Shown: one piece after another, positions 53,004 through 64,000 of the stretch
Layout: each line of letters begins with the position of its first letter
Numbering within the stretch: the first letter of the stretch is position 1
Assembly (NCBI GenBank): GCA_963709275.1
Contig: CAVPVZ010000003.1
Coordinates: forward strand, 8,694-72,693
Direction of reading: 5' to 3'
DNA from: an uncultured Gammaproteobacteria bacterium
GTDB lineage: Bacteria; Pseudomonadota; Gammaproteobacteria; Steroidobacterales; XN24
Length of the DNA: 64,000 bases
Notes under the pieces: model-generated
What the model saw: only the letters and a program-made list of their open reading frames with translations
The model's database searches: none
What the model was told of the DNA's origin: nothing
Position numbers and translations under genes: made by a program

Positions 53004-54137
53004 TCAGGCCGAGAGCGGGGCGCTTTGCACCGCGGCCGCCTGTGAGGCGCTTTCCGGGGCTTGTGCGCCGACACGCTCGATGGTGGCGCCGCCGAGGCAC
53101 AGCGGGCCGTCGTAGAAGACGATGAACTGCCCCGGCGTCAGGGCGCGCTGCGGCGATTCGAACCGCACCTCCAGCGTCCCGTCCGCACCGGGCGTCACGC
53201 GGCATGGCCGGTCCGGCTGGCGGTGGCGTGCCCGAGCCGTGCAGTCGAGGGGCCAGGCGGACGGCGGGGCGCAGATCCAGTGGGGATCGCTCGCCGACAG
53301 GCGGTCGTGCAGCAGGGCCGGGTGGTCGTGCCCCTGGACCACGAGCAGGGTGTTGCGCTCCAGGTCCTTGCCCGCGACATACCACGGCGCGTCGGCGCGG
53401 CCCTGGACGCCGCCGATATGCAGGCCCTGGCGCTGCCCGAGCGTGTAGCGGCTCAGGCCTTCGTGTCGGCCCAGCACGACCCCGTCCGGGCCGATGATCT
53501 CGCCGGGGGAGTCGGGAAGATAACGTGCGAGGAATTCGGCGAAGGGACGTTCGCCGATAAAGCAGATGCCGGTGCTGTCCTTGCGGTCGTGGTTGGGCAG
53601 CCCGCTGGCCTTGGCAATGGCCCGCACTTCGGTCTTCAGCAGCCCGCCGAGGGGGAACAGCGTGTGGCGCAGAGCCTCGCGCGGCACCGCGTGCAGGAAA
53701 TAGGTCTGGTCTTTGCCCGGATCCGCGGCGCGGAGCAGGCGGCCGCTGCCGTCGGTCGCGGCGTAATGCCCGGTGGCGATGGCCTCGGCGCCGAGTCGCC
53801 GCGCATGCGCGAGGAAGCTGCCGAACTTGATCTCGCGATTGCACAGCACGTCGGGGTTCGGCGTCACACCGCGCCGGTAGCCATCGAGAAAAGCGGCGAA
53901 GACGCGTTCGCGGTATTCGCGCGAGAAATCGGCGCGATGCAACGGGATGGAGAGCAGCTCACAAACCGCGCGTGCATCCTGGAAATCTTCCGCCGCCTGG
54001 CAGTAGCCTTCCTCGTCCTCGGCCCAGTTCTGCATGAACAGGCCCTGCACCGCATGGCCGGCTTCCAGCAGGCGCAATGCGGCGACCGAGGAATCGACCC
54101 CGCCTGACATTCCGACTATGACGTTTCGGCGCTGCAT
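53004..54137 (-). CDS. mnmA: tRNA 2-thiouridine(34) synthase
   Basis: [47 protein letters not shown] and TPGQ. Confidence 0.97.
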   Translation of the reverse strand: MQRRNVIVGMSGGVDSSVAALRLLEAGHAVQGLFMQNWAEDEEGYCQAAEDFQDARAVCELLSIPLHRADFSREYRERVFAAFLDGYRRGVTPNPDVLCNREIKFGSFLAHARRLGAEAIATGHYAATDGSGRLLRAADPGKDQTYFLHAVPREALRHTLFPLGGLLKTEVRAIAKASGLPNHDRKDSTGICFIGERPFAEFLARYLPDSPGEIIGPDGVVLGRHEGLSRYTLGQRQGLHIGGVQGRADAPWYVAGKDLERNTLLVVQGHDHPALLHDRLSASDPHWICAPPSAWPLDCTARARHRQPDRPCRVTPGADGTLEVRFESPQRALTPGQFIVFYDGPLCLGGATIERVGAQAPESASQAAAVQSAPLSA

Positions 54138-54185
54138 GGCGCGTATTCTAACTGCCGGCACCGATGCGCGGCGGCGCGGGCAGCC

Positions 54186-56548
<2,363 letters not shown>

Positions 56549-56616
56549 TCATACCGCAAGCCCCGCCGCGTCCTGAACATGCCCGTTCGGGCCATGGAAA
56601 GGGCCCTATTAAATCG

Positions 56617-56642
56617 ATCTCTTTCAATAAGTTGAAAGAGAT
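56617..56642. promoter_or_regulatory. Perfect 11-bp inverted repeat ATCTCTTTCAA-N4-TTGAAAGAGAT between divergent purB and fumC
   Basis: Direct reading of the sequence; AT-rich island ending 33 nt before the fumC ATG. Confidence 0.6.
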
Positions 56643-56675
56643 TCTTCTTACGACATCTAAGCTGGGAGGAAGCGC

Positions 56676-58074
<1,399 letters not shown>

Positions 58075-58078
<4 letters not shown>

Positions 58079-58695
58079 GGCGGCTGATCGAGCGTTGCTT
58101 TGCCGGCACCAGCCCGGCGCCGCCGGAGCACTACCGCATCCCGGGCGTGCCCGGGGACCTGCCGGCGGCGCTGGAGCGGCTGCGGCCGGGGCGCCTGGTG
58201 CCCGCTGCCGTGCTGGTTCCGGTGATCGAGCGGCCGCAGGGGCTGACGGTGCTGTTCACCGTGCGCGCCCCGGACCTCAGGCATCACGCCGGGCAGGTCA
58301 GCTTCCCCGGCGGCCGGCTGGACCCGGCCGACCCGGGTCCGCGCGAGGCCGCCCTGCGCGAGGCCGAGGAGGAGGTGGGGCTGGGCGGCGAGCTGGTCGA
58401 CGTGGTCGGCTATCTGCCGAACTACATGACCATCACGGGTTTCTCGGTCACCCCGGTAGTGGGCTTCGTCGCCGACGCCTTCCAGCCGCGCCCGGACGCC
58501 ACCGAGGTCAGCGAGGCTTTCGAGGTGCCGCTCGACGTGCTGCTGGATCCCGGCAGCATGCAGTTGCGCCACAAGCGTTTTATGGGTGTGAAGCTGCCAT
58601 TCTTCGAAATGCCCTGGGGAGAGCACCTGATCTGGGGTGCGACAGCGGCCATGCTGGTGAACTTTCGCGACATCCTGCGGGGATACGAAGAATGA
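58075..58695 (+). CDS. CoA pyrophosphatase (Nudix, NudL-like)
   Basis: AAVLVP, HAGQVSFPGG, ALREAEEEVG Nudix box and IWGATA. Confidence 0.92.
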
Positions 58696-59480
58696 AACAG
58701 ATCGAGGACCTGCTCGAAGTCATGGCGCGGTTGCGCGATCCCGTCAGCGGCTGTCCCTGGGATGTGGCGCAGGATTTCGCCAGCATCGCCCCCTACACCA
58801 TCGAGGAAGCCTACGAAGTCGCCGACGCCATCGAGCGCAGCGACCTGGGCGCGCTGCGCGAGGAGCTGGGCGACCTGCTGTTCCAGGTGGTGTTCCATGC
58901 GCGCATGGCAGAGGAGCAGGGCGCATTCGATTTCGCGCATGTCGCGGGTGAACTGGCAGAGAAAATGAAGCGCCGCCACCCGCACGTGTTCGGGGCGGCC
59001 GAGGTCCGGGACGCCGCGGCGCAGACCGAGGCCTGGGAGGCGCAGAAGGCGCGTGAGCGCGCTGCGCGCCGCCAGGGCGTGCTCGACGACGTACCCGTGA
59101 ACCTCCCGGCCCTGGCGCGCGCGCAGAAACTCGGACGGCGCGCCGCGCGGGCGGGTTTCGACTGGCCGGACGCGCCGGCGGTGCTGGAGAAGCTCGATGA
59201 GGAGCGTGCCGAGCTGGCCGCGGCCATCGCAGCGCGGCGGGATGCGCCCGAGGCGGTGGAGGAGGAGTTCGGCGACCTGCTGTTCACTATGGTGAACCTG
59301 GCGCGGCATCTCGACGTGGATGCGGAAAGCGCGCTGCGTCGCGCCGGTCTGAAGTTCGAGCGCCGCTTCCGCGGCATCGAGGCGCGCCTGGCTGCCGCGG
59401 GCAAGACGCCGATGCAGGTTGACGGAGCCACGCTCGAAGCGCTGTGGAACGAGATCAAGGAGTCCGAAGCTGGGCGCTGA
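58692..59480 (+). CDS. mazG: Nucleoside triphosphate pyrophosphohydrolase
   Basis: LRDP..GCPWD, IEEAYEV, EELGDLLFQVVFH, RRHPHVF, GFDW and EEEFGDLLF. Confidence 0.96.
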   Translation: MKQIEDLLEVMARLRDPVSGCPWDVAQDFASIAPYTIEEAYEVADAIERSDLGALREELGDLLFQVVFHARMAEEQGAFDFAHVAGELAEKMKRRHPHVFGAAEVRDAAAQTEAWEAQKARERAARRQGVLDDVPVNLPALARAQKLGRRAARAGFDWPDAPAVLEKLDEERAELAAAIAARRDAPEAVEEEFGDLLFTMVNLARHLDVDAESALRRAGLKFERRFRGIEARLAAAGKTPMQVDGATLEALWNEIKESEAGR

Positions 59481-62400
59481 GACCCCTGGCGAGCCGCTGG
59501 CGCCGCGCCTGGAGTTCCCTGCCGAGCTGCCGGTCTCGGCCGAGCGGGAGCGTATTGCCGCCGCGCTTCAGGAACACCAGGTCGTCGTGGTGTGCGGCGC
59601 CACCGGTTCCGGCAAGACCACCCAGCTGCCAAAGATCTGCTTCCTCGCCGGCCGCGGCGGCGAGGCCATGATCGGGCATACCCAGCCGCGTCGCATCGCC
59701 GCCCGCGCCGTGGCGAGCCGGGTTGCGGCCGAGCTGGGGCCTGCCGGAGAGCGGCTGGTGGGCTGGAAGATCCGGTTCAACGACCGCACCGGCCCGGACT
59801 GCCGGCTGAAGGTGATGACCGACGGCATCCTGCTGGCCGAGATTCGCAGCGATCCGCTGCTGCGGCGCTATGACACGCTCATCATCGACGAGGCGCACGA
59901 GCGCAGCCTGAACATCGACTTCCTGCTCGGCTACCTGAAGCAACTGCTGCCGCGCCGGCCGGACCTGAAGCTCATCGTGACCTCGGCCACCATCGAGCCG
60001 GCCCGCTTTGCCGAGCATTTCGGCGGCGCACCCGTGATCGAGGTAGGCGGCACTGCTTACCCGGTCGAGGTGCGCTACCGACCTGCGGCGGACCCGGAAG
60101 AGGCCAGCCTGCAGGATGGCGTGCTGGCCGCCGTGGACGAGTTGCGCGGCCCGGCGCAGGCGGGCGGCCTGCCCGGCGACATCCTGGTATTCCTGCCCGG
60201 CGAAAGGGAGATCCGCGAGACCGCAGAAGCCATGCGCAAGCATCATCCGGCCAACACCGAGGTGCTGCCGCTGTACGGCCGCCTCTCCGCCGCGGAACAG
60301 GACAAGATTTTCCAGCCGCACGGCCGGCGTCGCATCGTGCTTGCCACCAACGTCGCCGAAACTTCGCTCACGGTGCCGGGCATCCGCTGCGTGATCGACT
60401 CCGGCCTGGCGCGGATCAGCCGCTACAGCTATCGCTCCAAGATCCAGCGCCTGCAGGTGGAACCGATCTCCCAGGCCAGCGCATGGCAGCGGCGCGGGCG
60501 TTGCGGGCGCGAGGCCGCGGGCGTGTGCATCCGCCTCTACGACGAGAGCGATCACGACGCGCGCCCGGAATACACCGATCCCGAGATCCGGCGCACCAAC
60601 CTCGCCAGCGTCATCCTGCAGATGGAGACGCTGGGGCTGGGCGACATCGCCGAGTTCCCCTTCATGGATCCGCCGGACCGGCGTTTCATCAATGACGGCT
60701 ACCGCCTGTTGCGTGAGCTCGGCGCAGTGGACGAACGACGCCGTGTGACCCCGACCGGGCGGCGGCTCGCGCGCCTGCCGGTGGACCCGCGCCTCGGGCG
60801 CATGCTGCTCGAGGCGGGCCGGCTCGGTTGCCTGGCGGAGCTGCTGGTGATCGCCGCCGGCCTGTCCATCCAGGACCCGCGCGAACGGCCGGCGGAGGCC
60901 GCCGCCCAGGCGGACGAAAAGCATGCGTCATTCCGCGACAAGCAATCGGATTTCCTCGGCCTGCTGCGCTTGTGGGAAGCGTGGCAGGAGCGGCGCCGGC
61001 ATGACTCGGGCAGCGCGCAGCGACGCTGGGCGCGCGAGCATTTCCTGTCCTTCCTGCGCTTGCGTGAATGGCAGGACGTGCATCGCCAGCTGCTCGAGCT
61101 GACCACCCAGATGGGGATGCGGCGCAACGAGGTGGCGGCGGATTACGCGGCCGTGCACCGGGCCATCCTCAGCGGCATGTTGTCGCATATCGGCCGGCTG
61201 GACGAGAAAGGGGAATACCAGGGCGCGCGCAACCTGCGCTTTCGCCTGTTCCCGGATTCGGCGCTCGCGGCCCGGCCGCCGCGCTGGGTCGTGGTCGCGG
61301 CGCTGATGGAGACGGGACGCGTCTGGGGGCGCATGGCGGCGTCTGTGGAGCCGGCCTGGATCGAGGCAGCGGGCGGCGAGCTGGTGCGGCGCAGCTGGTC
61401 GGATCCGCACTGGCAGGAGTCACGCGGTTTCGTCGCGGCGCGCGAGCAGGCGTCGCTGTTCGGCCTGGTGCTGGCGGCGGACCGGCGCGTGGACTTCGCC
61501 CGCGTCGATGCGGCCGGTGCACGCGCGGTGTTCCTGCGCGACGGACTCGCCGCCGGACGCCTGCGCACCCGCGGCACGTTCCTGGCTCACAACCGCGGCC
61601 TGGTGCAGAACGTGCAGGCACTCGAAGCCAAGTTGCGCCGGCGCGAACTGCTTGCCGGGGAGACGGCCATCGCGCAGTTCTATGCCGCGCGTGTGCCGGG
61701 CGAAATCTGTTCCACGCCGGCCTTCGAGCGCTGGCGCAAGCGCGCCGAGCGTGCAGAGCCGCGACTGCTGTACATGTCGCTCGACGACCTGCTGAGCGGC
61801 GCTGAGCTGCCGCGCGAGGCGGATTTTCCGGACACCCTCGAATTCGACGGCAACCAGTTGCCGCTGCGCTATTGCTTCGATCCTGCCGCCGAGGATGACG
61901 GCGTCACGGTCCAGGTGCCGCGCCATCTGCTGCCGCTGCTCGGCGAGGAGCGCCTCGACTGGCTGGTGCCCGGCTGGCTGGAGGACAAGGTGGTCGCCAT
62001 GCTGCGGGCGCTGCCCAAGTCCGCGCGCCGCCGCATCGTCCCGATCCCTGAGCATGCGCGCGCCTGCCTGGCGATGTTGCGGCCGGGACAGGGGCTGTTG
62101 CGTGCGGCGCTGGCCGAGGCCTTGCGCCGCGATGCGGGTCTCGAGGTGGCGCCCGAGACCTGGGCCGACCTGGACTTCGAGCCATGGCTGCGTTTTCGCG
62201 TCGAGGTGATCGACAGCGACGGCAAAGTGCTGGGCGCTTCGCGCGATCTCGAGGAACTGAAGCAGGCGTTCGCGCCGGCTGCGGGCGCGATCGCCGAGGG
62301 TGCAGTGGAAGGCTGGTCGGGCGAGGGCTTCCGGCGCTGGAGTTTCGGGCCCATGCCGCAGCACGTCGAGGTGCGTCGCGGGCGCACGGTACAGCGCCTG

Positions 62401-63213
62401 TTCGCGGCGCTCCAGGACGATGGCAATGCTGTGTCCTGCCGCCTGTTCCCGACCGCGGAGGAGGCTGCGCAGGCCCACAGGCTGGGTGTCCTGCGCCTGT
62501 TGCTGCTGGCCTTGCCCCAGCAGCAAAGGGGTTTGCTGCAGCGGGCGCGCGGTGAACGCGCCTTGTTGCTGCGCGGCCGCGGCCTCGCGCTGGGCAAGGA
62601 CCTGGCCGACGATCTCGTGATTGCAGCCTTCGCACGCGTGTTTCTTCCTGCCGGTACCGAGCTGCCGCGCGATGAGGCCGGGATGCGGGCCTGCCTCGAT
62701 GCGGGCCGGGCGCGGATCGTGCCGGAGGCCGAACAGCTGCTGGCGACTTCGGTCGTGTTGCTGGAGCTGCACGACGAATGCCGCCTGAGACTCGAGCGCG
62801 GCCTGATCGGACCGGGCGCGCCCGAGGCGGCCGGCGACATCGAGGTACAGCTGCAGGCGCTGGTGTATCCCGGCTTCCTGGCGCGCACGCCGCCGGAGCG
62901 GATCGAGGACCTGCCGCGCTACCTGAAAGCCGTCCTCGCTCGCATGGAGCGACTGGCGCTCGGCAAGGGCGAGGCGCGACAGGTGCTGGAGCTCCGGCCC
63001 CATCGTGAGCGGCTGGCCGAATACGCGCAGGCACGCTGGAGCAGCGCCGAGGCCGCGGCCGCGTTCAGGCATTACCGCTGGATGGTGGAGGAGTACCGCG
63101 TGCAGCTTTTCGCCCAGGCGCTGGGCGCGCGCGACAAGGTGTCGCATGCGCGGCTCGAAGCGCAGTGGCAGAAGTGTCGCGAGCTGCAGGCCGGCTTGCG
63201 GCCCGCGAATTGA
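59470..63213 (+). CDS. hrpA: ATP-dependent RNA helicase HrpA; start uncertain (CTG 59470 proposed)
   Basis: GATGSGKTTQLPK, TQPRRIAA, DEAH, TSAT, ATNVAETSLT, QRRGRCGR and the C-terminal EEYRVQLFAQ.LG. Confidence 0.95.
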   Translation: MGAETPGEPLAPRLEFPAELPVSAERERIAAALQEHQVVVVCGATGSGKTTQLPKICFLAGRGGEAMIGHTQPRRIAARAVASRVAAELGPAGERLVGWKIRFNDRTGPDCRLKVMTDGILLAEIRSDPLLRRYDTLIIDEAHERSLNIDFLLGYLKQLLPRRPDLKLIVTSATIEPARFAEHFGGAPVIEVGGTAYPVEVRYRPAADPEEASLQDGVLAAVDELRGPAQAGGLPGDILVFLPGEREIRETAEAMRKHHPANTEVLPLYGRLSAAEQDKIFQPHGRRRIVLATNVAETSLTVPGIRCVIDSGLARISRYSYRSKIQRLQVEPISQASAWQRRGRCGREAAGVCIRLYDESDHDARPEYTDPEIRRTNLASVILQMETLGLGDIAEFPFMDPPDRRFINDGYRLLRELGAVDERRRVTPTGRRLARLPVDPRLGRMLLEAGRLGCLAELLVIAAGLSIQDPRERPAEAAAQADEKHASFRDKQSDFLGLLRLWEAWQERRRHDSGSAQRRWAREHFLSFLRLREWQDVHRQLLELTTQMGMRRNEVAADYAAVHRAILSGMLSHIGRLDEKGEYQGARNLRFRLFPDSALAARPPRWVVVAALMETGRVWGRMAASVEPAWIEAAGGELVRRSWSDPHWQESRGFVAAREQASLFGLVLAADRRVDFARVDAAGARAVFLRDGLAAGRLRTRGTFLAHNRGLVQNVQALEAKLRRRELLAGETAIAQFYAARVPGEICSTPAFERWRKRAERAEPRLLYMSLDDLLSGAELPREADFPDTLEFDGNQLPLRYCFDPAAEDDGVTVQVPRHLLPLLGEERLDWLVPGWLEDKVVAMLRALPKSARRRIVPIPEHARACLAMLRPGQGLLRAALAEALRRDAGLEVAPETWADLDFEPWLRFRVEVIDSDGKVLGASRDLEELKQAFAPAAGAIAEGAVEGWSGEGFRRWSFGPMPQHVEVRRGRTVQRLFAALQDDGNAVSCRLFPTAEEAAQAHRLGVLRLLLLALPQQQRGLLQRARGERALLLRGRGLALGKDLADDLVIAAFARVFLPAGTELPRDEAGMRACLDAGRARIVPEAEQLLATSVVLLELHDECRLRLERGLIGPGAPEAAGDIEVQLQALVYPGFLARTPPERIEDLPRYLKAVLARMERLALGKGEARQVLELRPHRERLAEYAQARWSSAEAAAAFRHYRWMVEEYRVQLFAQALGARDKVSHARLEAQWQKCRELQAGLRPAN

Positions 63214-63268
63214 CGGCCGCGCACCGCGCCAAGGACAATCCACGCATGTCCGGACCCAGAGGCTGAAC

Positions 63269-64000
63269 ATGCGCGTCGGATTCGTGGTGGACGCAACCTG
63301 CGACCTGCCGGACGAGTGCCTGGAGCGCTTCGGCGTGCGCATCCTGCCGAACGTGCTCGAGCTCGGTAGCCGCACGTGGATCGACGAGCGCGACCCCGAG
63401 CAGACGATGATGCTGTATCGGCGCTTCATCTCTGATCGTTCTGTCGAAGCCCGGGTGAACGCCGCCAGCACGGCCGAGATCCGCGACATCTTCCTGCAGG
63501 AGCTCGTGCTCGACTACGACCGCGTGCTGGTGATCAGCGCGGCCGCGGAATTCAGCGACATGCACGCGCATGCCACCGAGGCGTCCTACGCCATCCTGCA
63601 GGAATATCGTGAGCGGCGCGACGAGGCCGAACGCGCCGGAAGTTTCGCCTTGCGGGTGCTCGACAGCCGCAGCTTCGGCGCGGGCGAGGGCGTGGTGCTG
63701 TGTCGCGCCTTACAGCTCCTGGACGAGGCCGGGCGGGGTTTCGACAAGATCCGCCTCATCCTGCGCGACGAGCTCGACCGCGTCCGGTGCCTGTTCGTCC
63801 CGGGCGATCCCTGGTACCTGCGTCGCCGGGGCTTGGACGGTGCGGGCGGCGGCATCGGGCGCAGCGATTACCTGCTGGCCAGCGTTGCCGGCCTGAAGCC
63901 CGTGGTTGAGCTCGCGCGCGGACGCCCCCGCCTGGTGGCGCGGCCGCGCGGCTTCGACGCGGCCTGTGCGCGCGCCATGGACGAAGCCCGGCGGGCGATT
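63269..64000 (+). CDS. DegV family fatty-acid-binding protein (3' end beyond the window)
   Basis: MRVGFVVDATCDLP, V.DS and YL.RRG...G.KP patterns typical of DegV; open to the window edge. Confidence 0.8.
   Translation, partial: MRVGFVVDATCDLPDECLERFGVRILPNVLELGSRTWIDERDPEQTMMLYRRFISDRSVEARVNAASTAEIRDIFLQELVLDYDRVLVISAAAEFSDMHAHATEASYAILQEYRERRDEAERAGSFALRVLDSRSFGAGEGVVLCRALQLLDEAGRGFDKIRLILRDELDRVRCLFVPGDPWYLRRRGLDGAGGGIGRSDYLLASVAGLKPVVELARGRPRLVARPRGFDAACARAMDEARRAI

Overview
A very GC-rich, gene-dense chromosomal segment. Gene content and order (sucAB-lpd, relA, yebC-ruvCAB-ybgC-tolQRAB-pal-cpoB-queEC-tRNA-Lys, purB/mnmA/acnA, fumC, mazG-hrpA) point to a Gammaproteobacterium (inference). 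It holds about 54 CDS and three tRNAs: Ala-CGC, Arg-CCT and Lys-TTT. Most of it is core housekeeping. Accessory functions include a three-gene NAGGN osmoprotectant cluster, ppk1, lipid genes (WS/DGAT, fadH, a crotonase, two SDRs, DegV), a ChrA-type transporter, an Nramp-like transporter and an FccA-like diheme cytochrome. I found no integrase, transposase, phage gene, CRISPR array or defence system. Many conserved genes are split by short indels, densest at 15.4-20.4 kb, 32.6-34.5 kb and 56.7-58.0 kb. These are most likely sequencing or assembly errors rather than real pseudogenes. I cannot claim a clearly new multi-gene system. The best leads are: (i) an unannotated ~76-nt structured RNA with its own sigma70-like promoter and intrinsic terminator between ppk1 and thrB; (ii) an orphan FccA-like cytochrome whose heme-1 Met ligand is replaced by a 4-Cys loop; (iii) a wax ester/TAG synthase with a histone-H1/PhaF-like basic tail; (iv) several AT-rich operator-like palindromes. 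All protein assignments come from motif recognition by eye; no database search was run.
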